Shown here piece by piece: positions 1 to 15,100 of a DNA stretch of 64,000 nt. The DNA is from the human T2T-CHM13v2.0 reference genome, Homo sapiens. The stretch is taken from assembly GCF_009914755.1 (NCBI RefSeq), contig NC_060926.1, one strand, 5' to 3'. Position 1 is the stretch's first letter; every line of letters begins with the position of its first letter. Both the position numbers and the translations under genes were made by a program. The notes beneath the pieces are model-generated. The model was not told the origin of the DNA and did not search any database. It saw only the letters and a list, made by a program, of their open reading frames with translations.

Positions 1-1222
1 TGAGTGGCCAGGACCCTACTAGTGCCAAAGAGGGAGGGTCATCAAATGTCTCCAGAGTCTTTACTCAGCCAGACTCTGTTATAGTTAGAAGAAAAAGAAG
101 CACATGCTAAATAAATAAACATAAGTTATTTGTATATGCATATATGTAATTGTAACACACTTTACAAATTAAATATATTTCTATGCTATTTCAGATGTAA
201 TTTGTATTAATATATGTGTATATCTTATACATATATAACACATATAATATGCACTTTTCATGTAAATAAATATAATATGAATTGTTGTTATAAGGCATGG
301 TTTTAAACTTTGGTAAATTGAGCATGAACAAGAAAATCCAGCAATAGTGCCCCACCCCATGGCCACTTTCCCACTACAGAGCCCAAGGGTCAGAGGCTCA
401 GGACTCACTTCATTTCCTTTCTGGGTCAAGCCCTGACTCATAGATTGCTAAGGATGCTGAGGATTGCTGAGGATTGCTAAGATTGCTAAGGGTCTGGGGA
501 ACACAAAGCAGCAGGTGCCGAGGAGGCAGGGAGTGGGCCTCGGCTCCTGGTAGAAGGATGTTTTGTGCCCAGAGCTCAGCATGGGCATTTTGTCCCCTGG
601 GGGTCCCTGTAGGACAGAGCAGCACATGTGGCTCATAGAATTAGGCTACATGTGGCTTATAAGAAAGGCTTACAGGTGTGGTCACAAGACAAAAGCCCTC
701 CATGGCTCGTTGGCAGCCTCCCCTCTAACTGGAGCCATATGGGATCTCTCTGCCCAGCTTCTATGGCACACACAGCTGCTGGAACTCTGTTCACAATGAA
801 ACATTTCTCCCCCTTGCAAAACCTTCTGAATATTTGTTATTTTTATTGTGTGTTATTCAAGGACGACAACTTGTTGACCATAATATTTCCAAAAGGATTC
901 ATGGAGTGAAGTCAAAACTAGGTTGTCAACACTGTGACAGGATGTGAGAGAAACAAGGATCACATCCCTGAAGACAAGGGCAGCTCATGTGTGAGGTGAG
1001 GATAAATTGGCCTCATAAATTCAGAGCAGGATGTGGGAGAAAACACATTGACATTCTCTACTCTGTGATGCTCATCAGATGCTCAGGAGGTGCCCATACG
1101 GAAGGTGGGAAGCTAGTGGGAGGAGAAGGGGGTTTAAGATTTCAGAGCTGCCTCCCATTCTGCTCCACTGAGAAGGCCCCAGATCTTCAGCAGCACTCCA
1201 GGCAGAGCAGGAGCTGGGGCGA

Positions 1223-1718
1223 GGTTTGTGCACCAGTAATGACGGGAGGTGGGGGCATGTGCCCCTGAAGGCAGCTTGGATGCTGATAGTCAGAATGACA
1301 TCTGTCCAAGCCCATGGCCCTTAACCAGGGCAGGCATGGTGTCCAGGGGATAGCAGGAGCTCAGAGCCAGGCCTGGGTTCCGTTGGAACTGAGCTAGGAT
1401 GCTGTTCATACTCTGGTCAGCCCTGCTGGTGAAAGTGACCCTCTCACTTGGGACGCCGGGATAGGGGCTGGATACAGGGTCCACACGATGTTGCCACTGG
1501 CATCTAAGTGGGAAACAAACATGAACATTCCCAAATATTAATACCAAAGAAGTAGTTCATTCAGTTTGATTAAGTTTCAATCAGAAAGCAAAACAGGCTG
1601 AAAACAAGTAAATCTTTCTGCTTAATGCAAACGAACTGAGGATGAAGCCGCAGTCCTCCCTCCTCATCAGAGTCAGAACAGCAGCAGGAAGAGGAGCAAA
1701 GGCGGGCCCCATGTCCAC
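1223..1718 (-). pseudogene. Unnamed V-kappa relic, family B copy 1 (leader + decayed V exon)
   Basis: Leader 1718-1668 (GTG GAC ATG GGG CCC..TTG CTC CTC TTC CTG CTG CTG TTC TGA CTC), donor mutated to AT. Acceptor cttag at 1504. Exon reads DASG-NIVWTLYPAPIPASQ/ERVTFTSRADQSMNSILAQFQRNPGLA/ELLL..MPALVKGHGL/TDVILTISI with frameshifts. Nonamer-like GCACAAACC at 1231-1223. Confidence 0.8.
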
Positions 1719-1764
1719 GAGGGCTTCCTGATACTGATCCTACTCAGAGAGGGTAGGTAGGGTG

Positions 1765-2155
1765 GAGTGTTTGCAGGGATTGTGACACCAAAATGGATGT
1801 GACTGGATGGCTTAAACCACAGAAATGTTATTTCTAACAGTTTAGGAGCCTGGAAAGGCAAAGCTCAAAGTCCAGAAAGGTTTTCTTGCTGGTGAGGACT
1901 CTCTTTTTAATTTGCAGATGTTACCTTTTGGCCATGTCCCCACATGACCATCCCTCAGGGCACGCAGGGAGGGTGGGGGAGGGAGAAAGCTCTATAGTGT
2001 CTCTCTTTATAAGGACAGTAATCCCGTGGTGTCAGGATCCTGCCCTGATCACCTCTTTAACCCTAGTTACCTCCTAGCAGGCTCTCTCTCCATCTGCAGC
2101 CATATTGGAGGTAAGAGATTCCAAATAGGAATTTGTGAAACATAGTTCCTTCCGT
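1765..2155 (-). mobile_element. MLT1A-like MaLR LTR in relic-B promoter
   Basis: Typical reverse MLT1 motifs (ggcttaaaccacagaaatgttatttct, ataaggacagtaatcc). Boundaries approximate. Confidence 0.7.
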
Positions 2156-2946
2156 AAGAAGAGGGCTTTGGGGACACAGCCAAGGCAGTAGGGAGGGGCA
2201 AGATGAGGCTTCCGGTCTCAGAGCACAGGGGATTTTCCCATCACTAAGCACACTGGCAGCTCCTCCCAGGCGAACCATGTCAGACAGGAGACCCCAGTCC
2301 CGCCTTAGGGCCTCCCTCTCCATAAGGGGACATGATCACTTTTACTTCCTCATTACTTCTAAGATCAGACTTCTATCTTTTGTTTATTACGGTGTTTGTC
2401 TGCCATCTATTGGCCAGTTTCTAACATAGCATCTTACAGGATTTTAGATACTAGGGTCCAATGATCGTTGACTATGGATGAAATCTTTTCATGGGTATTC
2501 ATGGAGTTGATCTTATGACATCCATCACTAGGACAGATTTTGTAGAAAACACGAAATGGCCCCTCCCCTCAATAAACCAGTCATCTAGTTGAGGACAAAC
2601 GGTATGCAGGAAAAATATTTGTCACAAAACAATTAGGGTGGCTAGATTCTGGGATCCATGTGACATGCCAAAGATGTGGTTTTGGAAAAAAGAGAGGGCT
2701 GTAAAGGACCCTGTAGGGCATAATGGCAGGGACTGGGGTGAGAAGCTGACGGCCCCTGGTTTGGATCTGTCAACCCAGCCTCATTCCTCCCATCCCAGAA
2801 ACACTTCCAGAGCAGCTCTGAGAACCACAGTAGCTTTCCGAGCTGAGGAAGCATCCGGGGACACCTGATCTTCTAAAAGAACAACTGCTGAGGTTTGTGT
2901 TCTCAGCTATAGCACTGCGAGTAATCAGATGTTATCATTTACATCT

Positions 2947-3150
2947 GTGCTAAGCAAAGTCATTTTCTAAGATGATGAAAATGTCTGTATGTATGAAGTG
3001 CAATAAGGCTAGTCATCAGTCATATGTGGCTGCTGAGTACATGAAATGTACCTGATGTAACTGTGAAGCTACTTTTCTAATTTTAAGTATTTCTAATTGA
3101 CACATCTGTGGCTATCACTGCTAGTGTTTCCCACGTGGAACAGCACAGTT
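2947..3150. mobile_element. MER3-like hAT DNA transposon fossil
   Basis: Resembles MER3 (gatgatgaaaatgtctgtat..catatgtggctgctgagtacatgaaatgt..aactgtgaagcta), recognised from memory of the consensus. Confidence 0.5.
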
Positions 3151-4564
3151 GTAGACAGTAATAACCAGTAATGTCACTGGGACACCCAAGCTTCTAACTG
3201 TTAAGCAAAGGTGTGTCCCAGGACCACTGTACCAAGCTGGGGTGGACCATGGCCAAGGTAGACAGAGCACATGGGTGGATCTCAGGAACCTTCCCTGGAT
3301 GCTTCCAGGCTGGTGATGGAAACTGTCCCTCTTGGAGACACTGATTGGGAAGCTGGAGACTGGGGCCCACATAGTTGCCTGTAGAATCTGAGGTGGAAAC
3401 AAAACACAGATCTTCCCCAGTTAATGATGTCCCTCTCCATAGGCTTCCCAGCAGAGTCCTGCTGGCTGATCAAGTGGGAGGTGAATGCTGGGCTCCCTGA
3501 ACAATGGCCTCAATCTGAGCCATTGTCCTATGGGACATATGAACTCTGTCATGTGGAGCCCCCTTAGCTGAAACCAGGGAACTAGAACCCAGAGGGCCAG
3601 AGCCCCATGTCCAGTGTCTAGTGCTGCCCCTGCCTATGGTGATCCCAACTCAAAGACAGAGACTGACCCAGTGATAAGGGCTTGAGTGGCAGGGAAGGGC
3701 TCTGGGGAGCCTGCAAACTGTCAACAAAGGAAAGACCTGGGCTTCCAACTTCTGAACCAGGGAACATTCTATGCCATGGGAGTGACCCAGACCAAGGTGT
3801 ATGATGTAAGATATTACAGTAAGTTTTATCTTTACGGGAATAAAAATCAGAGAAGGCATCTGATTAGTTTAGCACTTGCTGACTTTTTCAGTACACACTG
3901 GTCCCTGCCCTTCCCATAATGATCCCGTGGTCTTTGCTGTTTTTGTGGTCACCTGGCTGCCTCCTCACCACTCAGATGAATCTTCAGTATGACCCTGGGG
4001 CCTTCCCTGATCAGCACAAATATATGGCCTCAGCCTCCAGATACCACAGACCATTCCTGCTTTTTACACAATTTGTCAACTACAGAAATTATTCTACGCA
4101 CTTTTATTGTGTGGTTATTCTTCCTTCATGGCTCTTTCCCCTACTGAATTGGGACCCAAAATTGTCTTATTTACTCACGTGCACCTAACCTTCACTCGGT
4201 GGCCTTTACTTGTTCGTGAAAATGCTGCCATTAAGTGAAAATTTATTAAATGAAAAGCTATGTTTGTTCTACTCTATTGGAAAAAAAAAGAGTGAGCCAC
4301 TGTGCCCAGCGGCACCTGTGTCTTTAAAGGCATCCATGCAGGTGAGTCTGTCTGAAGGCCTTGCAGTAAAATTGATTCAAAACCTAACTCTGTAAATAAG
4401 TCTGAGAAAAATACAGACATTGGAGTCACCATCTTGACAACGAGTTACTTTTCAGAATTTCAAAATTTCCAAATAGAGGCACAGTTGCTAAAACTGAGCA
4501 GCCATCATAGCTGCAGCCCATAAAGCTGCTGGTTTTAGAAAAAAAAAATCAATGGTTTTGTGAA

Positions 4565-4592
4565 AGTTTTTGTTTCATGTTGAATTACTGTG
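4565..4592 (-). other. 12-RSS of IGKV3-34
   Basis: CACAGTA + 12 bp + ACAAAAACT directly 3' of the V exon. Confidence 0.9.
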
Positions 4593-5125
4593 GGACACCC
4601 ACTGCTGTACTGATGAGGGTAATAAAATTGTGACATCTTCAGGGTCTAGGCTGTTGATGGTTGGGGTAAAGTCTGCCTCAGGCCCACCACCACTGAACCG
4701 GGCTGGGATGCTGGTAGCCTTGGTAGATGCCCTATAAATAAGGAGCCTGGGAACCAGAACAGGTTTCTACTGGTCCCAGGCTGAATAGTTGTCAATGATC
4801 TGACTGGCCTTTCAGGTGAGGGTGGCTCCTTCCCCTGGGGACAAACACAGGGTGATTGGGGACCATGTCAGCACAACTTCTCCAGTGGTATCTGAGATTG
4901 GAATAAAACAGGAAAGTCAATTGTGCAATCTAGATCAAATCCACTGTCTTCCCAGTACAGCTGGGATCATTGATGTACATTGAATATTAATTATTGTTCT
5001 TGCTGAGCAGGTCACAGGACCCAATAACATTGACAGAGTTTCATTGGCATGCAGAATCATCCCGTGTTCCCCTCACCTGGGAGCCAGAGTACCAGAAAGG
5101 AGAGGAGCTGAGCTGGAACTTCCAT
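4593..5125 (-). pseudogene. IGKV3-34: Immunoglobulin kappa variable 3-34 pseudogene (or distal copy 3D-34)
   Basis: Leader exon 5125-5077 MEVPAQLLSFLVLWLP with GT donor. V exon 4891-4593 [42 protein letters not shown]...; Cys23 is TGA, there is a second stop and a +1 frameshift before CDR3. Vk3-type sequence; name assigned from gene order. Confidence 0.88.
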
Positions 5126-5217
5126 GGTTCCCTCTGGGTCCTAACCGAGCAGCTCTTCCCGAGAGCTCTGACCCAGGCATTGATATGGGCTCTGGACAGC
5201 AGAGTGGCTGGAAGGAT

Positions 5218-5257
5218 ATGCAAAGTAGTTGGAGTGGGTGCTGGGCTTCCAGCTGCA
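5218..5257 (-). promoter_or_regulatory. IGKV3-34 promoter: variant octamer CTTTGCAT and E-box TGCAGCTG
   Basis: atgcaaag at 5218-5225, about 93 bp upstream of the ATG; cagctgca at 5250-5257. Confidence 0.75.
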
Positions 5258-6417
5258 GAGACCCCCTGCCTCCTCCTCTCTGCACTCAGCAGCCCCTGCC
5301 CAGGTGGTCAGGCCAGAAAAGTCCATTGGCTCAGCCTGATGGTAGAACTTCTTCCCTGTGGTCACAGACTATAGCCCCTGTTTCTTCCCGTCTCACTAGT
5401 CACCTAGACCCAGCCAGATGGTATTTAGTACAAACCTGTTGGGAATAAAATAGAAGCCTGTGGTTCTTTTCCTCTCCTTATTTCTCCAAAGAACCGAGTC
5501 ATCTCCATTGGTGCATGAATGTACCTGGCTGAAAACTAGTTCATCAGAAGTTCATCTTCCACACACACTTTTCCTTTGCAGCTTAGCCATCTTTCCTATG
5601 AGCCCTGAAGCCTCCTCATTCTTTGTAAAAACTATTAAAGGGCAACACGCAATTAGGCCCAGCACTGTGGGTGTGATGATCATCACGGCTGCACAGATGA
5701 GCAGGCCCCGGGCTCAGACCCTTCAGTGTGTGTAATTCCATTCCCTGCAAACAGACGACAATGCTGTCCAGCAGGCCAGGAACAATTCCTTGGGTGATGC
5801 CCTACTTTCTATGCCACCCCATCCTGCACAACACATCCATTCAATCAGACTCAGGCCTTTCTCACTTTAATAATTTTGGAAACCTCTGCTCATGTTTCTG
5901 ATCTAAACAATAATTCAATTTGGGGTTTCCTTGTGTTCCTTAAAATTGTGAGCATTTGGTGGTAAGTGACAGTTCACTGGACAGGCTGAGAAGCTCTTTG
6001 GGTTACATTCCATCTGAGTTCATTAATAGACATTGCAGAAATTTGTTTTCTCTCTTCTCTAAGTACTCACATAATATATTCAATTTTGCATCTTGCCTCA
6101 CCAAACCTAAATATTTATTATCTGACTCCTGAGATAATCTGATAATACTGTCTTTTAACTAAAGAGTCAATAAATTTACTATAGTTGTGATTAATATGTG
6201 TTATTATATATCATATTCTATACAAAATTTGATAAATTAGAATACAATAATTATTATATGCTCTTGGGAAATACTACCAAATTATAACTCGAGACAAAGT
6301 ACAAAAACAAAGCTCTGAGAATTATGATTTTTATTTTATTTTCTGAAGGCTGAGGATGAAACAGGAATAAAAGAAAAGAGAACGTTGTCAATAAAACAAG
6401 CTGCTTAATCCACTACT

Positions 6418-7018
6418 TAGTTCAACCATTGTGGAAGACAGTGTGGCAATTCCTCAAGGATCTAGAACTAGAAATACCATTTGACCCAGCCATCCCATTA
6501 CTGGGCATATACCCAAAGGATTATAAATCATGCTGCTATAAAGACACATGCACACATATGTTTATTGTGGCACTATTCACAATAGCAAAGACTTGGACCC
6601 AACCCAAATGTCCATCAATGATAGACTGGATTAAGAAAATGTGGCACATATACACCATGGAATACTATGCAGTCATAAAAAAGGATGAGTTTATGTCCTT
6701 TGTAGCGACATGGATGAAGCTGGAAACCACCATTCTGAGCAAACTATCACAAGGACAGAAAACTAAAGACCACATGTTCTCATTCATAGGTGGGAATAGA
6801 ACAATGAGAACACTTGGACACAGGGTGGGGAACATCACACACTGGGGTCTGTCGTGGGGGCGGGGGAGGGAGGAGGGATAGCATTAGGAGATATACCTAA
6901 TGTAAATGACGAGTTAACGGGTGCAGCACACAACATGGCGCATGTATACAAATGTAACAAACCTGCCCGTTGTGCACATGTACCCTAGAACTTAAAGTAT
7001 AATTAAAAAAAAAAAAAA
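6418..7018 (+). mobile_element. 5'-truncated L1PA (end of ORF2, 3'UTR, polyA)
   Basis: ORF 6429-6881 is the L1 ORF2 C-terminus (WKTVWQFLKDLELEIPFDPAIPLLGIYP). The 3'UTR has the non-Ta GACGAG diagnostic, followed by a polyA tail. Confidence 0.95.
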
Positions 7019-7759
7019 GACAGATGGAAGAAGTGGGTGGGAGCTGAGGCCAGGGGAGGGGCAGATGAGCCAACACTTGATTTTTTTGTCCCAAATTGTG
7101 AAGACAGTTAGAGATTAACCCTGAATTAGGGTTTATCCCACCTACTGAGTCAAGATATGACTAAAAAATGATTTTCATATGACACCTTGCAAAACATTTC
7201 AAAATATCCCATAAATTTAATTGAGAAAAATACAAACAAAATTATAAAATACAGCTATTTGTATACTTTGGCCTATTTTGTCACCTCACTCAGCCCACAG
7301 CAAATATACTTCCTTGGTGAGTGCAAAGAGTAAAATGAGAGGCCAAGGTGGACCACCGGGGGCCAGACAAACCCTCCATGAGGGCTGAGGACCACAGATC
7401 CCCGAGGACAATCAGACATCCAGAGGGAGGGCTGAGGACCACAGGCCCCTGAAGACAATCACAGGTCTGGAGGGTCTTAGCCCATGACTTTCCTCTGTAG
7501 AGACAGATTCTCCCAGATGGTTGAGGGCTGTCTGTGGCTGTGTCCTTCCTTCCGCATGATAATGGGGGCAGAGCAGGTCTCTAAGCAAACCCTGAGCAAG
7601 GCCTTCCCCTGTGTGCTGCTCTGACCTGGCCATAGGTGGAACTGGATTTACTTAAGGAAGTGATTTTTGATCATGAGGAAAGGAGAGAGAATGGGGAGAA
7701 AGAGAGAGATAAATTGTGTATGTATGCACAGAAAGATTGGATACTTTAATAAGTTAGTT

Positions 7760-8482
7760 CCTTGATACCTGTGAGTGTTACCTAAATTGAGCAAAAAGAC
7801 TTCACAGATGTCAATTAATAATATTAAGATGGGGAGACTATCTGGATTAACCATAATGGCTCTAAATGCAATCACAAATGTCCTTGTAAGAGAGGATGTG
7901 AGAAGTTTAACACAGACAGAAGAGAAGGCAGTGTGACCACAGAGAAAGAGACGGGAGTGATGTGACCGCAGCCAAGGAAAGCTGCAGCCACCAGAAGCTG
8001 AAAGAGGCAAGAACAGAGAGGCAAATGCCATTCTCTCCCTGTGTGTGTTTCCTGTAGCTCCTCTATCAAATCTCCACATCCTTGCTGGCTTCAAACAGCA
8101 TCAGTTTATTCTTTTACAGTTCTGGAAGGGAGAAATCTCACACAGGTCTCACTGGGATAAATGAAGCTCTCACTGGGCTAAAAGTAAGCTTCCCTATGGA
8201 TGCTGGGGGAAAGAACTTTTTCTCTGGCCTTTTCCAGCTTTTAGAAGCTGCTGTCTTTCCAGGCCCCTGGCCTTTCTCTTACATCACTCAGCGTCTTTCT
8301 TCCTTGCCAAATCTCCTCCCCAAATCTGATCCTCCTGCCTCAGTTTTGTAAGGACACTGGTGATTACATGTGACCCATCTAGATAATCTTCTCATCTCAA
8401 GATCTTTAGCTTAATCACATCTGCCAAGTTTCTTTTGCCATATAAGGCAACATTCATAGGTTCCACAGATTAGGCACAAACA

Positions 8483-8485
<3 letters not shown>
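7760..8485. mobile_element. Two MLT1B/C-like LTR pieces in opposite orientation (+ 7760-8035, - 8040-8485)
   Basis: Forward MLT1 motifs (aaatgcaatcacaaatgtccttgtaagagag, ccaccagaagctgaaagaggcaag) followed by reverse motifs (aaggacactggtgattacat, ttaatcacatctgccaag). Confidence 0.7.
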
Positions 8486-8515
<30 letters not shown>

Positions 8516-9474
8516 AGAAGAGATGGGGAGTGCTTTACTCACACTACCAATCATTCTTATTGGCCCCAAACTGTCCTTCTCTAAACAAGAATCCAAAATC
8601 ACATAGCTGGAAGAAGGATAGAATGTGGGCAACCAACATCTTTATAAAGCAAGAGAGCTGGAGAGATCTGAGTCAGGGTCCTCTGGTCTGGGGTTTCCCT
8701 GGGCTGGAGGATTCTGCTGCTGCTGCTGCTGCTGCTCCAATGTGGACCTCACATGTGTAGCTATTTGTTAGAGACTATTCTGATTTTGGGACCCAGAAGA
8801 AAAGAATTGCTACTTAATTGCAATCTAAGAGAGATTGGTAAAGGAAAATTAAATGTTTCCCTAACTTTCTGAATTTTTCTACCCATAAAAAAAGAAATCC
8901 CTAGAATTTAGATAAAGATACCTCTACACATGAGAATTTGCCTATTGTCTTAAGGTGGGTCTTACAATGACAAGAATTCCCATGCTGACAACATATTTAC
9001 AAAGCACAGAAAACCCTGGGAGAGAAGGGGGAAAGTGAGGCAGGGAAGACATGGCCAGTGAAAAGCTCATCAATAAGCAGCTGCTCATGAGGACCATGAG
9101 GACCACTAAAGCTCATGCCAATGTAAAAACACAAGAACCTCTGGGCTATTCTACCTGAGAGATGAGGGAGCTGTGGTATGTATACACCTCCTTTAGTCAC
9201 CACAGATTGAGGGCTGTCCTAGGGGATGCTCATTCCAGGCTCTGAGGTCTACCATGCATGAAGTCAGAGGTGCCTTCTGTAGTTTCAGGGAGAGCAGCGA
9301 GGGGCAGATATCACCATGAGAAGTCAGCAGAAATGCAGAAAAGAATTAGGACAACTACTGCTACATCCACTCAAAAAAGATGTGTATGTGAAATCTGGAG
9401 GGTCCATGTGGGCCACATCTCTCTGGAATGCAAGAATGTGCCCTAGAAATTCAGGCTGCATGACAGGCAGCAGG

Positions 9475-9979
9475 GATTCTGTGCCCACACTGCACCACCA
9501 TTGCTTGGCTACCCATAGTCAAGCATGCAGTTATACTCCCCGTAGTCCCCAGGCTCCAGGGCATTGATAGTGAAGGCATAGCTGGTTCCAGTTCTGCTGC
9601 CACTATACTGGGCTGGGATGCCTAGGACCAAGGTAGTGACATGAGATGTAAGGGGTTCAAGTCTTTGTCCAAGTTTTTTACTGATTCAAGATATTTCTCC
9701 ATGTACATTGTTGCTGGCTTAGCAGGAGACAAAAACTCTCTTTCCTGAATGTACTGACAAGCAAGCAGTCTCCTGTGTTGGGATGATTTCCCCACTCACT
9801 GCAAAGAGTAAAAGAAGAAAGTGGCATTGATGGTGAACAGCAGGAATATGCACCCAGTTTTAGCTGCCCTCACTGAGGAGAGAGGGTTCACTCACTTAGC
9901 CTTTCCCCAGGTACTCCCCCTCAACTGCTCTCCAAAAAGCCAGGCCCCAGGGGAGCTGCTTCTGAGCCACCAGGAACAT
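9475..9979 (-). pseudogene. Unnamed V-kappa relic, family A, indel-free copy
   Basis: Leader 9979-9925 MFLVAQKQLPWGLAFWRA (55 nt, donor GT>TT) and 123-nt intron. V region 9790-9504 in one frame: EIIPTQETACLSVHSGKRVFVSC*ASNNVHGEIS*ISKKLGQRLEPLTSHVTTLVLGIPAQYSGSRTGTSYAFTINALEPGDYGEYNCMLDYG*P, with Cys at Kabat 23 and 88. Degraded RSS 9503-9475. Confidence 0.9.
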
Positions 9980-11335
9980 GCTGGTGAGGAGTGCTCAGAG
10001 CCTGGGTAGCGCTTGAGGCATCAGACTTTATAGAGACTTAGGTTCAGGGAAAGGCATAAGGCAGGTGCACACTAAAAAGAGGCACCGAGGGAAGGACTCA
10101 CTAGACCTATGCAGTTGCTGGGTTTTGACCTAAGACTGGGGCCAGTACGCTTGTATGGAAATGAGCAATATTTAGTGGAAAACTTTCCTCTTTTGACAAT
10201 GACCAGAAGGAAAATGATGCCTCTACCTGGAGGGAAAGGCAAGAAGAAGCACATCTCTTGTGATACTTAAGTTCATGGTCAGCCTAGAATCAGACAAGGC
10301 ATTAGTTCAACATGCAGAGGAGACTGACTGTCAGGAAGTTGGGGAATCCTTGACATTAGGAAGGATGTTAGTAAAATTGGTATAAACTTCAGTAATTACT
10401 GTTTTTTCCTTCAGGCCATGGACTCTGGTGTCTCACTTTTGAGGCTACCCTCATACTTCTTGTGATGAAGCTTGCTTCATGTAGACTGGTTCAGGGCCTG
10501 ACAGCCATTGCTTTGAGGGTTATGTGGAGCCATCACTGAAGGTGAATCTCAACTTGAATGACAGATGGTGGTGGCCACTGATGAGATGGGGCTTCCTATC
10601 TAAGAATCAACTCAGGTTTCTTGGCTCTTTGATAAATGGTTCCCATGCTTGGATCTTAAGGTGGAGGCCACAGGTCTGAGTTCTAAGTCTTTTCTTTCCA
10701 CACCAACAGCCTTTCCCAGGAATCACCCTGGCCTCCTCCATGCTGGGAATCTAGACCCAACCCTCCTGCTACCTTCCCCAGCATCCAACAGTAACTGTCT
10801 GGAAGCTTTTATTTGTAAACCCTCCAAATGCAACCTCTGCCGGCAACATGGCTGGAGCAGTCAGCATCCTCCCATCAAAAAACACTGAGAAGGAGGGGAA
10901 ACCTGCAAACACCACGGTGGTGTGGAGGAGATGCATGTAATCCTTAGATTTTATGTGTTTTCAAACTTTTTTGTCTGTTTCTTAACCATGGTTCTATTTT
11001 CACAATCTTGCAGAGGGAAGAATTGAAGATAAGAAGGGTTCTTTTATATTTAGAATATGAAAATAGAAATGACGACAGCAGGAGAATGGAATTTATAAAC
11101 TCTTCGAAGCGGTTTGGGTTTCTCTAGCCAGGGACACAGCAGGACCAAGATGCCAGGAGAGGATATCACTTATTTTGGTTCCTGCCCTTCATGCTTCAGA
11201 CTCCCACAAATGCACACATATGATAATGCCTGTCTTCTTCTAAAGAGCAGGTCTAAGGCCCAGCCGTGGTCTTTCACTGAGTATCTTTTCTGTCTAAATG
11301 AAAATAATTTTGGAAGTAGTGGAAACAAATGATAG

Positions 11336-11871
<536 letters not shown>

Positions 11872-13199
11872 CCACCTTCTTCTTTTTATAAGGGATGAAA
11901 ATTCTTCCCAGAATCTCTGCTCATCCCTCACTCCCTGACATCTTATTGTGGAACCAAACTCATGTCCCCCTAATTTCTGTTCCTGTCCTGGGCTGAGAGA
12001 AACTTTCTGTCCTCCCCATGCACAGCAGGACAGAGTTGGTGCCCAAGAAACCAAAGGAGGAAGATGGCTGCTAGGCAGGAGGCCAAAGCCTCGACACATT
12101 TAAATTTCACCTTGTGTCTAAGCCAACCTGGATGAAGCAGAAAGATCCCAACATTCTCTGAATCTGGTGGGGTTGGAACAAGCCAGGCCTTGAGGATGAC
12201 AATGAAGTCAAATTTCTAATTTTCCACATGACAATGTTAGCTTCAGCAGTTGAGGAAATGTAGCCTGGGAATTTAAGGCCGGGACATACTTCCAAGTACT
12301 GGAATAAATGAGGGAGAGATCTGCAATAGGGACATGGGGGAGCAGTGGCTATGGAAGAAGGAGGAAAGCTGTGTGCTAAGGTTGGTGGTGCCACCTGCCC
12401 ACCTGAGTGCAGCCCTCCCTGTGCTGGTTGCATCCCCATTTCAGTCTCATGCAGACCCCTCTGTTTACATGACTCCAGGTGCTATTTCTGCTCCCATCCA
12501 CCCTGTGGCTTTCTGTCATGAGTACATATCTTCTTACACTTGAACCCTCTGGTATTCATGATATCAACAGCAATGTGATAACACCTAACAGAATGCAGAC
12601 ATTCCCTTTGCATATAGCAGCATGCTCACCTCTACCCAAAAGGTGAAAAAACTCAAATCTGTTCAGTCCAACACCATCTAGGAAAAACTGACCTTCCCTC
12701 ATGAGTCACAAGTCAATCTGGATATCATTTAATCTGTGGTATGAATTATATAGGTGACCAAAACAGCACTTTGTATTAAAAGAATTTTAATAAAGGGACA
12801 GTTGAGAAAAAAATATTTAACATATGTAAATGTGTGCGTGACTCATTCAGATTTCATGAGTTGGTTTTCTCTGTATTCTTTTTATCCCCTGGCCTCCAGC
12901 ACGATCTTTATGGTCGTTTCTGGTGAGGCTAACCTTCATGTCTCTGGCATTCAGGGTCCCAGATGTGATTAAGGCTCTGCACATGAGATATGCCCCTGCA
13001 GAGTGGTTTTCAGAAGTTAATAAGGGAAGGGGAGATGCCTTCCAGAGGGGCTCATTCTCCTGGTCTGGGTCCTGGCCAGGCAGCACTGTCCTGTGGGCAC
13101 AGCATCCTGCCTCACAAGTTTCCTGTCACAATCAGAGGATTTTTCTGCATAGAAACGCAGGAAGAAACAGGGAAGTGAAATGAATGCCTGAGCCCGCTC

Positions 13200-15100
<1,901 letters not shown>

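Noticed and set aside
443-490. Short GATTGCT(A/G)AG tandem repeat
   Set aside because: Simple degenerate repeat with no further structure.
6429-6881. 150-aa ORF as a host gene
   Set aside because: It is the L1 ORF2 C-terminus reading into the 3'UTR.
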